The notes beneath the pieces are model-generated. The model had not been told where the DNA came from. It saw nothing but the letters and a program-made list of their open reading frames with translations, and searched no databases. Positions 13,391 through 26,740 of a stretch of DNA of 64,000 nucleotides are shown piece after piece. The DNA is taken from positions 2,754,485 through 2,818,484 of the forward strand of contig MU053431.1 of NCBI GenBank assembly GCA_013239625.1, in the 5' to 3' direction. The position numbers were made by a program, and so were the translations under genes. Numbering within the stretch: position 1 is the first letter of the stretch; each line of letters starts with the position of its first letter. Source of the stretch: Lama guanicoe. Lineage: Eukaryota.

Positions 13391-13641
13391 NNNNNNNNNN
13401 NNNNNNNNNNNNNNNNNNNNNNNNNNNNNNNNNNNNNNNNNNNNNNNNNNNNNNNNNNNNNNNNNNNNNNNNNNNNNNNNNNNNNNNNNNNNNNNNNNNN
13501 NNNNNNNNNNNNNNNNNNNNNNNNNNNNNNNNNNNNNNNNNNNNNNNNNNNNNNNNNNNNNNNNNNNNNNNNNNNNNNNNNNNNNNNNNNNNNNNNNNNN
13601 NNNNNNNNNNNNNNNNNNNNNNNNNNNNNNNNNNNNNNNNN
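13391..13641. other. Assembly gap (251 N)
   Basis: N run. Confidence 1.
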
Positions 13642-13774
13642 CCACATGTGACCGCTGGGAGGGAGGCAGCTGCCTCGCCTCTCCACCCCGTCCACCCTGC
13701 ACCCCCATGTAAATTTCATGATTGCTTTCCGTGATGTCATTTTGAAGGAGGACAGACAATAGCTGTGGGGAAAG
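13642..13774 (+). other. MYT1: Probable MYT1 non-coding exon 1, visible 3' part (5' end/TSS probably in N gap 13391-13641)
   Basis: Perfect donor AAG|GTAAGT at 13774/13775; preceded by a promoter-like motif cluster; spacing to the ATG exon fits the human layout as I recall it. Confidence 0.65.
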
Positions 13775-16700
13775 GTAAGTCAATGTTACGTTCTTTCGCT
13801 GACAAAGGCAGCCATCCAGAGCTTGGCTTTTCCCCTCGGACGGAGATGGGGAGAGGGCGTGAGCAGAGCTGATTTCTAAGATGAAGGCTTTCTTTGCTGG
13901 AAAAGCAGGTCTGGGGATGGCTTTTTAAAGCCGCTCTGTTGGACTGGGGATTTTTCTTCTCCTGGGTCTGCCTGTGGCTGTTTTCCTTGGCTTCCTCTGT
14001 CCGTCTCTGGCTTGTTCACGCGCTTGGCCTCTCTGAGTGTCCAGTGGGTACACTGTGCGTCTGACAGAAAAGACATTTGGGGACCTTGTGTCGAGATGAG
14101 AAACTTTATGTGCATTTCTGGAAGAGGAGCACAGACATAGCTGCAGCCGTGGGACCCAGCAGCTATGTGCTCGGGGAAAACACTGGCTCCTTAAAGTGGA
14201 AGACCTCTCAGGAGCGGGGAACGCAGAGTCAGTACCGCGTGGGCGACCCCCACCCGAGACACGGCGTAGAGATGGTCATGTGAGCGCTCTGTCTGTGCGT
14301 GTCACGTATTTCTAAACTTAAGGAGCAGCATCTAGGCTGCGTGTGTCTGAGGAATAGACGCACTGAACTCAGTATCGCTGCTCCTCGGGCTCCTTCTCCT
14401 GCTGTGTGATCGGGGTCACAAGCGTGGTTGTTTATGGAATTAGTGTAACTGGGTCTTCATATTTAAAACTAGAAATCAGATTTAGCCAAGAAGTCAGTGT
14501 GAGCTTTGAACGATGTGATGCTGTTGGCCGTAGGGTGATGTGCTCTGGGGCCGTGGACTTTGTCTGCTGGGTTCACTTTCCTCTTTGTGAATCAGGAAAA
14601 TAAACGAGCTGGCGGTGGCTCTTGGGTTGCGGTGCGGTGGGTCCTCGTCATGAGAGCTGCTCTTTCTGAGTCACCCAGGGCTCTCTGGTCTCAGCATCAC
14701 CTCTGCACCAGTGGATGCCATTGGCTGGTAAAGTTGGGCTTTAATTTCTGAAACAACCTCCGAGTGGTAGGCCTGGAAGCGGGATGTGGGCTTGGTCCTG
14801 GGCCGTCTGACGAGGCCGTTACAATGGCGATAATGACGGCGATTATTATCATTATCCTTTTGGGGAAGGGGGATGAGGAATTTTGCCCCAGTGGTTAAAA
14901 AAAAAATCAAAGAGACCTGAGGACATCTGTGAGGCTAGCGGCGGAGTGAACAAAAGGCAGGAGAGTGCTGGGCAAACCCAGAGGAAGTGAACCCTCAGCC
15001 TTGGTGCGAGAGGACGTACTTGGACTCTGCCTCCTCCAGATGCTGGCATGGCCTGCCCTGCCCTTGCTCTGGCCCAGGGAGGCCCAGGCTCCTCACCATC
15101 GGGGGGGGGGGGCTCCCCTCCCATTGGTCCTTGGCTGTGATTTTCACCTCCTTCCATATGGCTCTGCTAATTAATGGTAAACAAAAGAGAGAGGGAGCAG
15201 GGATTGGAGTTTTGTGGTACCAGAGGGGAGGGTGTCACCAACAGGGCTGGACCCAGGGCTGTTTGCTATGCAGAGGAGGCCAGCTTAGGGCTTACAGGGC
15301 AGTTTGTTTGCAAAGAGAAGGGGGCAGCTTCATGGACCCTTCTGTCCCGTGGGGCTGGAGACTGAGGCCCCTGCAGGGTGTCCTTACCTCCTGGGAACTT
15401 GGTTAGCACTGGAACTCACAGGGATGTCTGCTGGTCCAGGGGGCTGAGCAGGGGCCTTGGAGAGTTGGATAGGAAGGCCTTCAATCTTGGAACCCCCTGG
15501 GTTTTGACCCTTTTGGACCATGGACCCAGACATGGGCCGGGGAGCTCACCAAGGGCAGGGGGTTTCTTCTGTCTAAAGTGTAACCCAGGGGGCCTATGTG
15601 ACCCTCAGGCATTGCCCATAGGTCTGGAGGCAGCTCAGATAGTCAGAGCCAATGCCCCAGACCATCTCGGAAGATTCTGATTAAGGCAACAGTCACCCAT
15701 TGCCGTGAACACGCTCGGTGCCTCAGGGAGGAGGACCTGCTCTGAGATGACCCCATGCGGTGGGCAGAGCCTTTGGGGTGCAAAGTTGCTCTGTCCCTGC
15801 GGTCATGGCCGCTTGTACTGGAAAGCCCTATCACTGCCCAGTGGCATCAGGGAGAGGCTGGCAGAGTGTATGCTGACACAGGAGTGTTCTCAGACGCATT
15901 CCAGGCAACTGACCTACAGCAGTGCCCCTTCTGGCTGAAGCGAGACCTGTCCCCCCTTGGCTGTGGTGGACGCTCTCCCTGGTGCTGCCCAGAACCAGGG
16001 CCCCTTCTCCCTGGGCCTTACTGTCCGCCTCTGGCCTGGGGTCGCCAAATGTGGCCATGAGGACATGGATGACTCTGGGTGAAGCGGGTGGTGCATGTGA
16101 GGTGGGGGCAGAAGGACCTGTACTAACTCTGGGAGTTGGGTTGGGGAGCCCAGGGGCTGTGTGCCGCCCCTTCCTGTGGTGGTGCCCAGGCCTGGGTGAC
16201 GGCCGCACAGGTTGGATGCTGCTTTGCACGGACCAACACTGCAGACTGACAAGTGCCTCTGGTCCTTGCACAGCTGCTCTGAGGGCAGTGGGCAGGCTGG
16301 TGCGGGCTGGGCTCCTCCTGAAAGCAAGAGGCACTTCTGCTGTGGGGAAAAGAGAGCGAGGAGGGCTGGGAAGGGGACCAGGAGCAACCAGAACTCCTTG
16401 GTGGGCACTGGGCCCTAAGTGGACAGAGGCAGGGAACTGGCTGCCAGGTGGGCAGGGGCTGCCTGGTCACCTGACCCTCGGACCGGCAGGGCACCGAGCG
16501 ACCACTCAGACTTGCATGTTAGAGAGGTCAATGCTGTGCCAGTCCAGCCCTCGGACACCCACTCCAGATCTGCTTTTTGTTGGCTTTTATCTGGTGGAGA
16601 GCTGGCCTGGGAGCCAGGAAGGGGCTGGCCCAGAGGGCCCTCCCCCGACTCCCTCCACTCCCACCAGCTCCTAGATCCTCCCATCTGCTTCTTCCTTGTG

Positions 16701-19700
16701 AACTCCCTCATGAATAAGCTAGAAGTTATTTGTCTACAGATGTAATGTTAGCAGGAATTTTACGGTGTGAGTTTACAGGCGAACAGTCTTTGGAAGCCGG
16801 CACCATCAAGAGATTAGTCAGCCCGGAAAATGCCGTTTCCCAGAAGGGAGGAGATAGCTGCCCCCAGCCAGCTCTCCGCTCCCGGAAGACACCCCCCCCC
16901 CGCCCTCCCCTGGGGACCCCTCAGGGGCCACCACTGTGCAGGCCAGAGTGCTTGCCAAGGGGGCTTTCGGGTGGCGTGCTTCCTGTCTTTCACAGATGGC
17001 TAAATTTCCCCAAATACTGCTTAGAAAACCCTAAAGACAAAATGAGACTTAGAACGCTTCTGCTGAGTTCCCTTGAGGTTGCTTCAGAGAGAGGAGAGTA
17101 ACCAGCACCTGCCGGCAGAGACAGGGCTCCGTCCTGCCTGTCCGCGTGGAGCCCACCCGGCCCCTCTGGCGGCCGGGCAGCGAGGAGCTCCTGTGAGAAG
17201 AGGCTGCACCCACCCTTTCTCCCTCTTTCCTTTTTAAATTTGCTCTTTAAAAAATGCAGCATTGTTTTATTCAGATGGAATGAACGTGCTCAGAGGACAT
17301 TTTAATCTGCCACTGCGGGGCTGTGACCACATCTGCCCCCGCTGTCAGGATTAGTTCGGTAGTCGGAGAGGGGAAAAGGGTCCAGCTCGCGGCTCCCCTT
17401 GCCTGGGCGCTGCCAGCTCTGCATCCACAGGCCCCCCTCCCGGTGCTCAGGCCACTGGAGGGGCCCCTTGGATTGGTGCCGACACGTGTGGTGTGTGTGC
17501 CCAGGGGTTCGTTTGGGATTGCGGCCTGGGAGTAGGGCCTGCAGGGAGGGTGCCTGTGGGGCAGGCCCCAGGCAAGGTGCGTGGGCACGTCCATCCAGAC
17601 CTCGGAGGCAGAGCGGACGCGCCATATGGCCTGAGCTGCGGGCAGCTTAGCCCCTGGCTCCCACCTCCCCCTCACGCCTGGCTTCACACCTTGATCATGT
17701 TCGACATCGGTCTGAGGGCTCTGGCACAAGCCATCTGGGTCCTCTCCTTCTTCCCCATTTCGTTGCCTAAAAACTCCACTTTACAGCAGCAGCATGAGTG
17801 AGAGATCCCCGGAGTCGGGGCTGGACAGACTGCCTTCGCCTTGGCCCTCAGCCCCTCCCGACCCAGGGTGGAGCTGTGCCTGCTGGGAGGGAGCTCGGTG
17901 CTCCGTTGTCCCTGCCTTACAAGGTCCCTGAGGGCCGGACACCCCTGAGCTCTGAAGCCCCTGGCACATCTCTGCTGTCCCTGCACATCGTGCTGAGTCC
18001 ACCTGTCAAAGCACCTCTGCTGCACCCGCAGGGCTTGCTGAATTCCAGAAATAACACAGCTCAGCCACAGTTGTGCTCTGGGCAGCCCGGTGGTTCCTGA
18101 GTGAAGGTGCAGCCACGACATGTTTCACAGACTCAGAGCTTCACCTTTGCTCTAAGCAAGGTGCCCCTGGGGGTGAGGGCCCCCAGCCTCAGTGACTCTG
18201 CTGGGTCACCAGACTGCTTTACGTGTAACTGTGCAACTTCTCACACATTCTACCAAGGTTCTGTGGGGTAGAACCAGGGACTTGTGATGGGAAGGGCCAC
18301 ATTTAACACTGTTTTCATTGATACTGGGCCATTATCCCACAACACACATACAACGGGACCAGGAGTGGCTCTGTTGTGAGGGGCAAACAGATGCACTTGA
18401 CACTGTTATTTCAACTGTGTGGCCTAAGGCTGTGCTGACCAATTTAGTTCCCACTAACACGCCCAGTGGGTAGACACCATTGCAGCCCCATTTCACAGAC
18501 AAGGCCCTGAGGCTGGGAACCCAGGTGAGAGTGCAGCCTGGTTTTGAAATTCTTCCGGAATAGCCTATGATGTTGGCCCCACCCAGGCCTACGCCTTCCG
18601 GCTGCCCCACACCCTAGACAGCCCAGGAGGTCGTCCTCAGACCATCGTCTGAACCTCACTGCCCTCTTGGGAGCTTCCCCCCGGCCTGGGAGACGTCTTA
18701 GTCTGTCTCCAGCCTGTCTCCCAACCCGATTCTCCATCCCCGAGCTGTCTACCCCGAGACCCCTGGTCCTTCTCCCAGCTCCCTTCACCTCCTGCTTCTC
18801 CTTCAAGACCTCACACAGATGCCACCCTGGGTCCCTAGGTGGACCCCCCAGGTGTCATTCCCTTAGGTGTCTTACCCTTGAGACATCTCTGTTACACGTT
18901 GTATCAGCCCGTGAGTGTCCCCACTTCCTTGGAGGAGAGCCTGCAGGCCGCCTGGCGGGGTGCTGCCCTGCATTCAGTCCTGGTACGGACTCAGGTGCTG
19001 GCCCAGAATCCTTGGGAACACAGGCAGTGCGCTGTCAGTGCCGGGCTGGACGTGGGCAGGGAGGGCTCTAAATCGAAGTGGGGAGAGAAGCTACTCAGGG
19101 GCTTGGTTGGGAAGTTTTCCCTCCACCGCCTGCCTTCTGGGGAAGTAAGACCACGTTGGCCCAGAAAGAGGGTCAGACTCTGCGGTCCAAGCTGAGAGCT
19201 GTTTCTGTCATGACTTTCCAGTGGTCTGGTTACGTGCTGGCTGGATTATTCGGCTGTTTGTGTGATCTCCTTCAACTTCCTGAAGCCCACGCCCAACCTC
19301 ATTTCTTCCCGAGCCCTCGTTTTCACCAAGCAGGTTAGCTGTGAGGCCCCCCGCCCTCCACACACATAAAGCAGGAATTTTCATGATGTATGAGAGTTGT
19401 GAACGGCTGTGAGATCATCCCACGGGTCTGGTGTTTCCGGGAGATGTCGCTAGGGAAGCTTGTAGACCCTGAGGCCAGTGCATCAGCACAAAGAGAGAAG
19501 AAAGGCGGTTTGGACTTGAAATCTGAGTTGCATCAGCACAATTTTTAGCCCCCTCGAAGGCTGCTGGCACACGTCATGAGAACCGGCTTCTGGGCCCTGG
19601 TTTGCTTGCCCAGCTGCAAATCACACACTCAGCTTCTAAGTTCAGAATCTGCGGCTGGGTGTGGGGTTCCCTTCATGCCCGGGGTCTAAACTCCTGTACT

Positions 19701-21168
19701 TGGCCTGCAGCCAGCACCTCTGGCACCTAGGGGACCCCAAAAGGGCGCCGATGTGAGAGTCAGAGTCCCACTCTTGCTGGGACAATTCCCAGAGCGTCCT
19801 CAAGCTCCTGGAGCATGTGTGTCAGTGCAGGGACCTGGAAAGGCTGGCCCCCACCCCCTGCTGGGATGGGCCCTTACTGTCCAGAGCCACCGGGAGGCCG
19901 GCTGCCTCTGATCTGTGTGGTTAGTGTTTTTCCCAGACTCTGTTCTGTGTCTGCGTGTTGAGCTCGCCTGTCAAGACTGGGAAGCCAGCATGTGCGGCCC
20001 CCCATATTTCTAAGCTTAAAAGGCAGCAGAGTGGGTTCTTGCTGGGCAGTGTGGCAAGCTGACAGGTGGGTCTCTGCCCCCACTCCGGAAGAGGAAAGTC
20101 AGCCACCACATGGGGGCCACTCTGAGCCCTGGGCCGGGGCTACAATTAAACTCTCCAGGGAGCAGCTGCCTGATGCCAGCCTCCTGGGGCTCACCCCTGT
20201 CCCTCAACAGGAGTGCTTCCACTTCCTGGAGTTGGAGGGACTGGGGAGGGAGGAGGAGGGGCGAGTCCGAGGGCTTTGAGGCCCCAGAGCTGCGTGGACC
20301 TGGCAGGAGGTGCTCCCCGATCCTGCCTGGTTCCCTCTTCTGAACTGGACCGGAGCAGGGGCACAGACAGACCTAAAGGGACCTCTGAGCAGCTTAGTTT
20401 CTTCCCTTGATACAGGAGAAAGTGCTGCCTCAAGAGCAGAGTAAAGTGTGCTTTCAGGGAAGAAGGAAGTGGCCATTTGTCCTCTTGGGCTGGAGAATTC
20501 TGACTGAGAAAGTTGTTTCTGGGACTCCCGTGGGACCCTGCGAGCTGTGGGTGGGCACAGGCGGTAAAGTGGATGCCTTCCCTGGCTCCTCCCCTGGACT
20601 GTGTCCAGACTTGGTGAGTTGGGTGGGTCGGGGAGTGGGAGGGAGGCCCCACCCAGTGCCGTCTGTGCCCGTGGGATCCCCGCCTAGTTCCTGGTCTTGG
20701 GCCTCCTGGTCTCTCCTGTTGGCCCGAGGGGCTTGAGGGAGGAGCTGCCTCCTAGTGCTGAGGGTGGAACACGTTCAGGGTCACTGGTGTTGAATTCCAC
20801 TTGGAGTGGGAACGCTCTCCGTGAAATCCTGGGCGTCTGCCTGGAGGAAGCAGGACCTGCTGAGTGTCTGTTGCTGTTGCCTGTGGTCCTGGCACCTGCC
20901 TGGGTGTTGGAGGCCTGGCCTGCATGCCTGACAGAAGCAGCTCTGCTCTGTTGTGCCCTGGGGCTGTGCCACCACCACCCCTCGTCATCCTGAGGCCCCC
21001 TCCCCTGCTGGCAGGCTCCCTGACAGGCCGCCTGGAGAGCCAGTCCTGTGATTTGGTTTGGAAAGTCATCATTACTGCCCGGCAGTTTAGCTGTTGTTTT
21101 TACAGCGTTGGTAAGGTTAAAAGAAATAATAATAATAGTATAAGAGAGACTCAGCCGCAGTAACTGCC

Positions 21169-21324
21169 NNNNNNNNNNNNNNNNNNNNNNNNNNNNNNNN
21201 NNNNNNNNNNNNNNNNNNNNNNNNNNNNNNNNNNNNNNNNNNNNNNNNNNNNNNNNNNNNNNNNNNNNNNNNNNNNNNNNNNNNNNNNNNNNNNNNNNNN
21301 NNNNNNNNNNNNNNNNNNNNNNNN
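21169..21324. other. Assembly gap (156 N)
   Basis: N run. Confidence 1.
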
Positions 21325-21913
21325 GATGTGGCTTGCGTTTGGCTTTTACTGAATAGAGAAGGCACCGGCGAGGCTGATTTAGAGGCAGAATAATGAGGAG
21401 CATGCAAAGCGATGGAACTGCTCCCCCACCCCCCATTTTCACCTAAACTCAGTGACAGCAGGTCTGTCCTTGCTCCGCTCAGCAAGTCTGCATTTTACTT
21501 CTCCCTGAATTCCACCTTAAAAAAAAATATGAATTTTTTTAAAAAAGGGAAGGAAAAGAGGAAAACTCACCCTCATTTTCCCATCGGTTCTGTTTGCATT
21601 TCCTGCCAGAAGCTGGACCAGCAGGTGGGACACCAGCACTGCCTCTGGGCCCCCCAAACCAAGTCAGAAGCCCCCACGGCAACTGCGCTCTTCAAGTCCT
21701 GGAACAGGGGAAGGACAGGCACCCAGGTCTAGGAGCTCCGGGGGCTCCAGGAAGATCTAGGGGAGCAGGTGGGGGTCTCAAAGTGACCTGCCTGCCCCGA
21801 AGAGTCCAGGGCGTGTGTACCACACCCCCTTCTGGACTTGCGGGCTCTCAGACTCTCTGAGGGCACCCCCACCTGCCCCCTCCAGGAGGTCCCATGGAGC
21901 CTGCCTCACAGTA

Positions 21914-23700
21914 TGTTATTTTTTAAAATATTTTTGGAAACAATCTCCAACTCACAGAAACTTCAAATACAGGACAAACTGTTTCCAGACCCACCTGAGA
22001 GTAGCTTTGCCCAGTTTGAGCCTGTCGCCCAGACCAATTGTTTGGGGGTTTCCAACGAAGCACAGGTTCTCCAGAGCTACTGTCTCAGAGGATCATCTGG
22101 CCCTCCCAGCATCCAGCCTTCTCGAGGGTGGGCTCAGGACACACCCTGCATCAGGCTTGCTCAGGCGTGGCCCTCCTTGGAGGGCACTGGGTGTCCTCGT
22201 GGCTGGATGTGGGCTGTCTGGGGACACCAGGTGTGAGCTCACTCACTGGGTAAGTGGAGCCATCCCAGCATCTCTGGCTGCAAAGAAACTTTTCCCTTTT
22301 GCAATTAATAAGGATTTTGGGGGAAGGTACTTTGAAACTACGAAAATACCCCATTCCTCATTAGACTACAGTTACTCATTTATACTGCTATCTGCAGAGG
22401 CACATGACTTGTTTTATCCAGTCACAAGCATCATTCTGATGCGCAGATTGTCCATGCTGGCCCTCTGTCCTTCTAATGCCTCTCCTTCTCTCTCCTGCGC
22501 CTTCGTGCTCTCCCTGTCCTGGGCCTGGAGCCACCCCAGCGCCCGGCTCCTTTGGCTGCAGGGCCCAGGGTGAGCGTGCTCCCAGCCTCTCAGTGGACAT
22601 GCACACATACCTGGATTTATTTCTCCATTTTCTATACGTGCTGAAAACCACAAGTTCACATTATACCTCTGAGTCCAACTGCCCCCAGGATACGGTCTAG
22701 ATGTCTCCCTTTCTGTATGTGTAACTTCTTCCTCCAACAGTGGGAAACCTGGTTTCCTGAACATACTTACTTGTCAGATCAAGGCCTCTCCCCTCCACCC
22801 TGGCGCCCACCTCCTCACCCTTCCCGCAGGCGCTCCCCAGCCTGTGGGCTCTGACACCCCCTCGTCGTGGGATGGCCCCACACTTCCCTCCGGCCAGGAC
22901 TTCTCCCCTGCTTGGGGTCGGGCCTGGTTTGTCCAGGTCACAGGGCGGGGCAACCTGGCAGGACTTGTGGCCTCAGTACCGGGTTCTTCTCCCACTTCCA
23001 GTCAGGGCGGCTGTGGCTCCCTTCGCAGCTTCCTTCGCGGTCCTGAGCTCCGCCTCCATGCATCCGTCTTCATGGCTGAGCCCTGTCACGTATGAGAGAT
23101 GATTTCCTGTGCAAGCTTTGTTTTCCTTGTGCGTAATTTGCCCCATCCCCTCCCCCGACCTACCTGGTGTCCAGAGGTGCTTTTGAGACTGTGTCTGTGG
23201 AGGAGTTTTTATCCTACCACGTTCCTGGACTGGTGTTTTGTCTGGGCACGGTTCGAAGGCCTTGCTGCGCTATGGGTACGCCACTCCAATGGCCGCTTCC
23301 GTCTGTGACCTTTCCCCCGGGGAAGCTTTTTGGACCTCTCACTACTCCTGGTGTTTTAGAATTTCACAGTGCTTGGCTTGGTTGGAGCAGGTCTTTTTTA
23401 TTCACTGCGTTGGGCACTTAATGGGCCTTTTAATCTAAAAATGTAATTTCCTTTGGTTCTGGGAAATTATTTTTTATTATTTAATTCATACTTTCCCCTC
23501 TCGTTCCGTGGTCCTCTCTTTCGGGAACCCTGGAGTTGGCCTTCAGGTCCTGCTAAGCTTTCCTCCTCATCGTTTCTCTCTGTCTTTTCCTTCTGTCTAT
23601 TTTTCTGGTATGTTTCTTTGACTCTACCTCCCAACTCCCCTGCTGGATTTTTCGTTTTGGTTTTATGTTTTATTTCCAGACCGGGGAAGACAGATGTGAT
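21914..23700 (-). mobile_element. Degraded L1M-like fragments (discontinuous)
   Basis: T-rich segments such as ggaaacaatctccaactcacagaaa and tttggttctgggaaattatttttt resemble ancient L1 antisense; boundaries approximate. Confidence 0.4.
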
Positions 23701-24312
23701 GCTATCAGGCCTTCTCAGATAACTCTCGTGCTAATCTCTACCTCTGCTGCTGCCTGGCCAGGCCACGTCCGCTCTGTCCAGCCGCCGCTGGCTCTGTCCG
23801 TGCTCCAGCCCCTAGCCGCTGTCCACACTGCAGAGGAAGGGAGCTTCCCAAGGCCCACACTCACTCATCCGACGAAGGTTCCTGGACCCGCTCCCCACCC
23901 TCGGCCCTGCCCAAGGTTCCGGCCCACAGATCTGAGGGAGGCCTGGGACCTTCTCTGGACTTGGAGGAATGCCAGGCTTCCTTCTGCAGCCCTTGGGAGC
24001 CGTGGGACATGGCCTGTGTGTCCTCCAAGGGCCTGTCTCCCCAGGTCTGAGAGAATGGTCTGCACCTCAGGGCTTTGGAGCCGGAGATTCTCTGGGTTCA
24101 GAGGGCAGAACTGGGGGCTGTCGTCCCTCCAGTGTCTACTGTGACTGTGGTCAGTTTTGTGTGGGCCTTAAATGGTTACTAGAATTTTATTCTAACCTTT
24201 CTGCCTCTTTGGGCTTTGCTTTAAACCCAAACAGCAGCAAGGAGAGGATGAATGAGGACTGAGATGAAAGCGGGGAAGAGTTTTTCCTTTTAAATGGCAG
24301 GATTTGTTTAGG

Positions 24313-24585
24313 TAGTTGTCCTTGGGTGTCTGCAGGGGACTGGTTCCAGGATCCCCCCAGTAGGCTCTCCAGTCCCTCACACGGAACAGTGATGTATTTG
24401 CATCCCCCCACTCACATCCTCCACAGACTTCTAACACCTAGCCCAGTGTAAATGCTGCCCAAATAGTTGCCAGCAAAGCCGAGGTTTGCTCTTTGGAAAC
24501 TTCTGGAATTTGAGGGGGGGTGTATTCTCCATCCACAGTTGGTTGTATCCGTGGGTGCAGAACCTGCAGATGCGGAGGCCGACTG
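24313..24585 (+). mobile_element. MER2-like (TcMar-Tigger) non-autonomous DNA transposon
   Basis: Ends resemble MER2 consensus: ...ggggactggttccaggatcccc... and ...ggttgtatccgtgggtgcagaacctgcagatgcggaggccgactg. Confidence 0.75.
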
Positions 24586-25509
24586 TGCTCCATTCCAGGC
24601 CCAGTGTCTCAGAGGTACGTTCAGTCTATGGCTTTGAGGTGGAGGGGAGCAGAGGGAGGAGAATGTGCCCAAACTGCCCCTGTGAGGAGGCCTGGCCCCC
24701 AGGGCAGCTGAACGATGCTTGACGCTGGAGCACACCGACACGGAACCCCGTGGTTGGTTAGTGATGGGTGGGGTTTGGAGGGGAGGTTGGCTGCAGCCCT
24801 GACTTGGGATTAGCCACTGACATGTCTTCTGTGGCAGAAGTGGGCGCTGTCTGTGCTGTTCTGGGTTTCGGAGCCTCCCGCTGCGCAGGGGCCGTGCCTT
24901 CACTTGGCTGGAGTCCGAGTTGCTGCAGGTGGGGGTGGGGTCTGACCCCCAGGGCCGGTCCCACATCCCTGCCGTGGCCCATCCTCTTCCTGCACCCCTG
25001 GACCCAGCCCTCCCTGGCCTCCAGGCAGGACCAGAACCCAGGCTTACAGAACCCAGCCTGGGAGAAGCAAAGGCAACTTGCTCAGACTACTGCCCTGTGC
25101 AAGAGGCCCTGGGCGGCTTCACTGACCTGCCTCTAGTCCAGGGGCTCACACACCACGGAGGGGGCAGTTCGTCTCTTGTCTGGCAGCTCCAGTTGTCAGA
25201 AATTGATTTTTGATGTGAGCATCTCCTAAAGCACCCAGAGCACACAGAAACTCCTCTGGCTGGATCTGGATGGCCCCTGGTGTTTGAAGCAGCCCTTGCC
25301 CACTGCGCCCTGGCGTGGACAGGAGCGCCTGCCCTGCCCCAGTTCCTCAGGTGCACTCCTGAGCTGAGCAGGACACTGCGGCCTACCCCCTCTTGAGGGC
25401 TGGTACCCTGCCTGGGCCGGTGGCGGGGGGCTGCAGCGGCCAGGCTGTGTGTCAGGACCCTGTCCGTGGACTCGCACTGCTGTGCTTCCTCCCTCTGTGT
25501 GCTGTTGAC

Positions 25510-26740
25510 TTTTAAAAAATAGCTTTATTGAAATATAATTTACATATCACATAATTCACCTGTTACAAGTATAGAGTTCAGTGGCCTCAGCCAGTTCACG
25601 GGTTAGGCATCTGTCACCACAGTCTGACTTGAGAACGTTTTCGGCACCCTGCCCCCCGAAGAGACCCCGTGCCCACTGTTGCCCCTCCCCCAAGCCCGGC
25701 GCCGCTAATCTGCTCTCTGTCTCTTTGGATTTGCCATTTCTGGATGTTCCATAAGTAAAGAACCGTACAATCAAACGTAGTCTTTCTCGTTTGAATTCTT
25801 TCACTGAGTGTGATGTTTTAGGTTCAGCTATGCTGAACCGTGCGCGAGCTCTTTAATTCTTCTTTGTCGTCAAATACTGTGCAGTCGTATTTTGTATCGT
25901 CCATTGAGCAACTGATGGACATTCGGTTATTTCCACGTTTCGGCTAGTATAGATAAGCCTGTGACAAATCGCTGTGTGCAGGGCTCCGTGTGGACGTACA
26001 TTTCCATTTCTCTTGGGTCTATACCTGGAGTAGAACTGCGGGTCCTACAGTAAATCTGCGTTTAGGATTTTGATGACCTGCCGATGGTTTTCCAAGTGGT
26101 CGTGCCATTTTGCTCCCCCGTCAGGGTGGACGGGGCCCCAGTTTCCCCACATTCCCTCCAGCACCTGCTGCTGTCCGTTGTGTTGGTGGCTGTGTGGTGG
26201 GATCACGCTGTGGTTTCGTTAGCGTTTCCCTGATGACGAGGTGTGGAGCATCTTCATGTGCTTAGCGACCACTTACATGTTGTCCTTGGAGGAATGTCCA
26301 TTCAAGTCCTTTGCCCATTTTAAAGTCAAGTTATTTGCTCTATTTTGGAGTTGCAAGAGCTGTTTACATGCTCTGAGTAAAAGCTCCTCCTCAGAACGTG
26401 ACTTGCAAATGCTTTTTCCAGTCTGGGCTGGCTCTTCACTTTATTGTTGGTGTTATTTGATGCCCCAAATATTAGACTTTGCTAAAGCTCAGTTTACCCA
26501 CTTTTTCTTTTGTTGCTGGTGCTTCCGGGGTCATATCTAAGAAACCATTGCCTGACCCAGCCAGGAAGATTGGCTTCTATGTTTTCCCAGAGTTTTGACT
26601 CTGACGTTTAGATCTGTGACCCCTGTGTTGGTTTTGACTTCTGATGTGAGGTGCATCCGCTTCGTTTTTATCGACTATTCTATGTCCCTTGATCTGCCAT
26701 ATGAATTTTAGTATCAGTTCATCAAATTTTGCAAACAAAA
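25510..26740 (-). mobile_element. Old LINE-1 3' fragment (L1M-type), antisense
   Basis: Typical antisense L1M 3'-end text: agctttattgaaatataatttacata...; ctaatctgctctctgtctct; ggagaatgtccattcaagtcctttgcccatttt-like; AT-rich relative to flanks. Confidence 0.8.
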
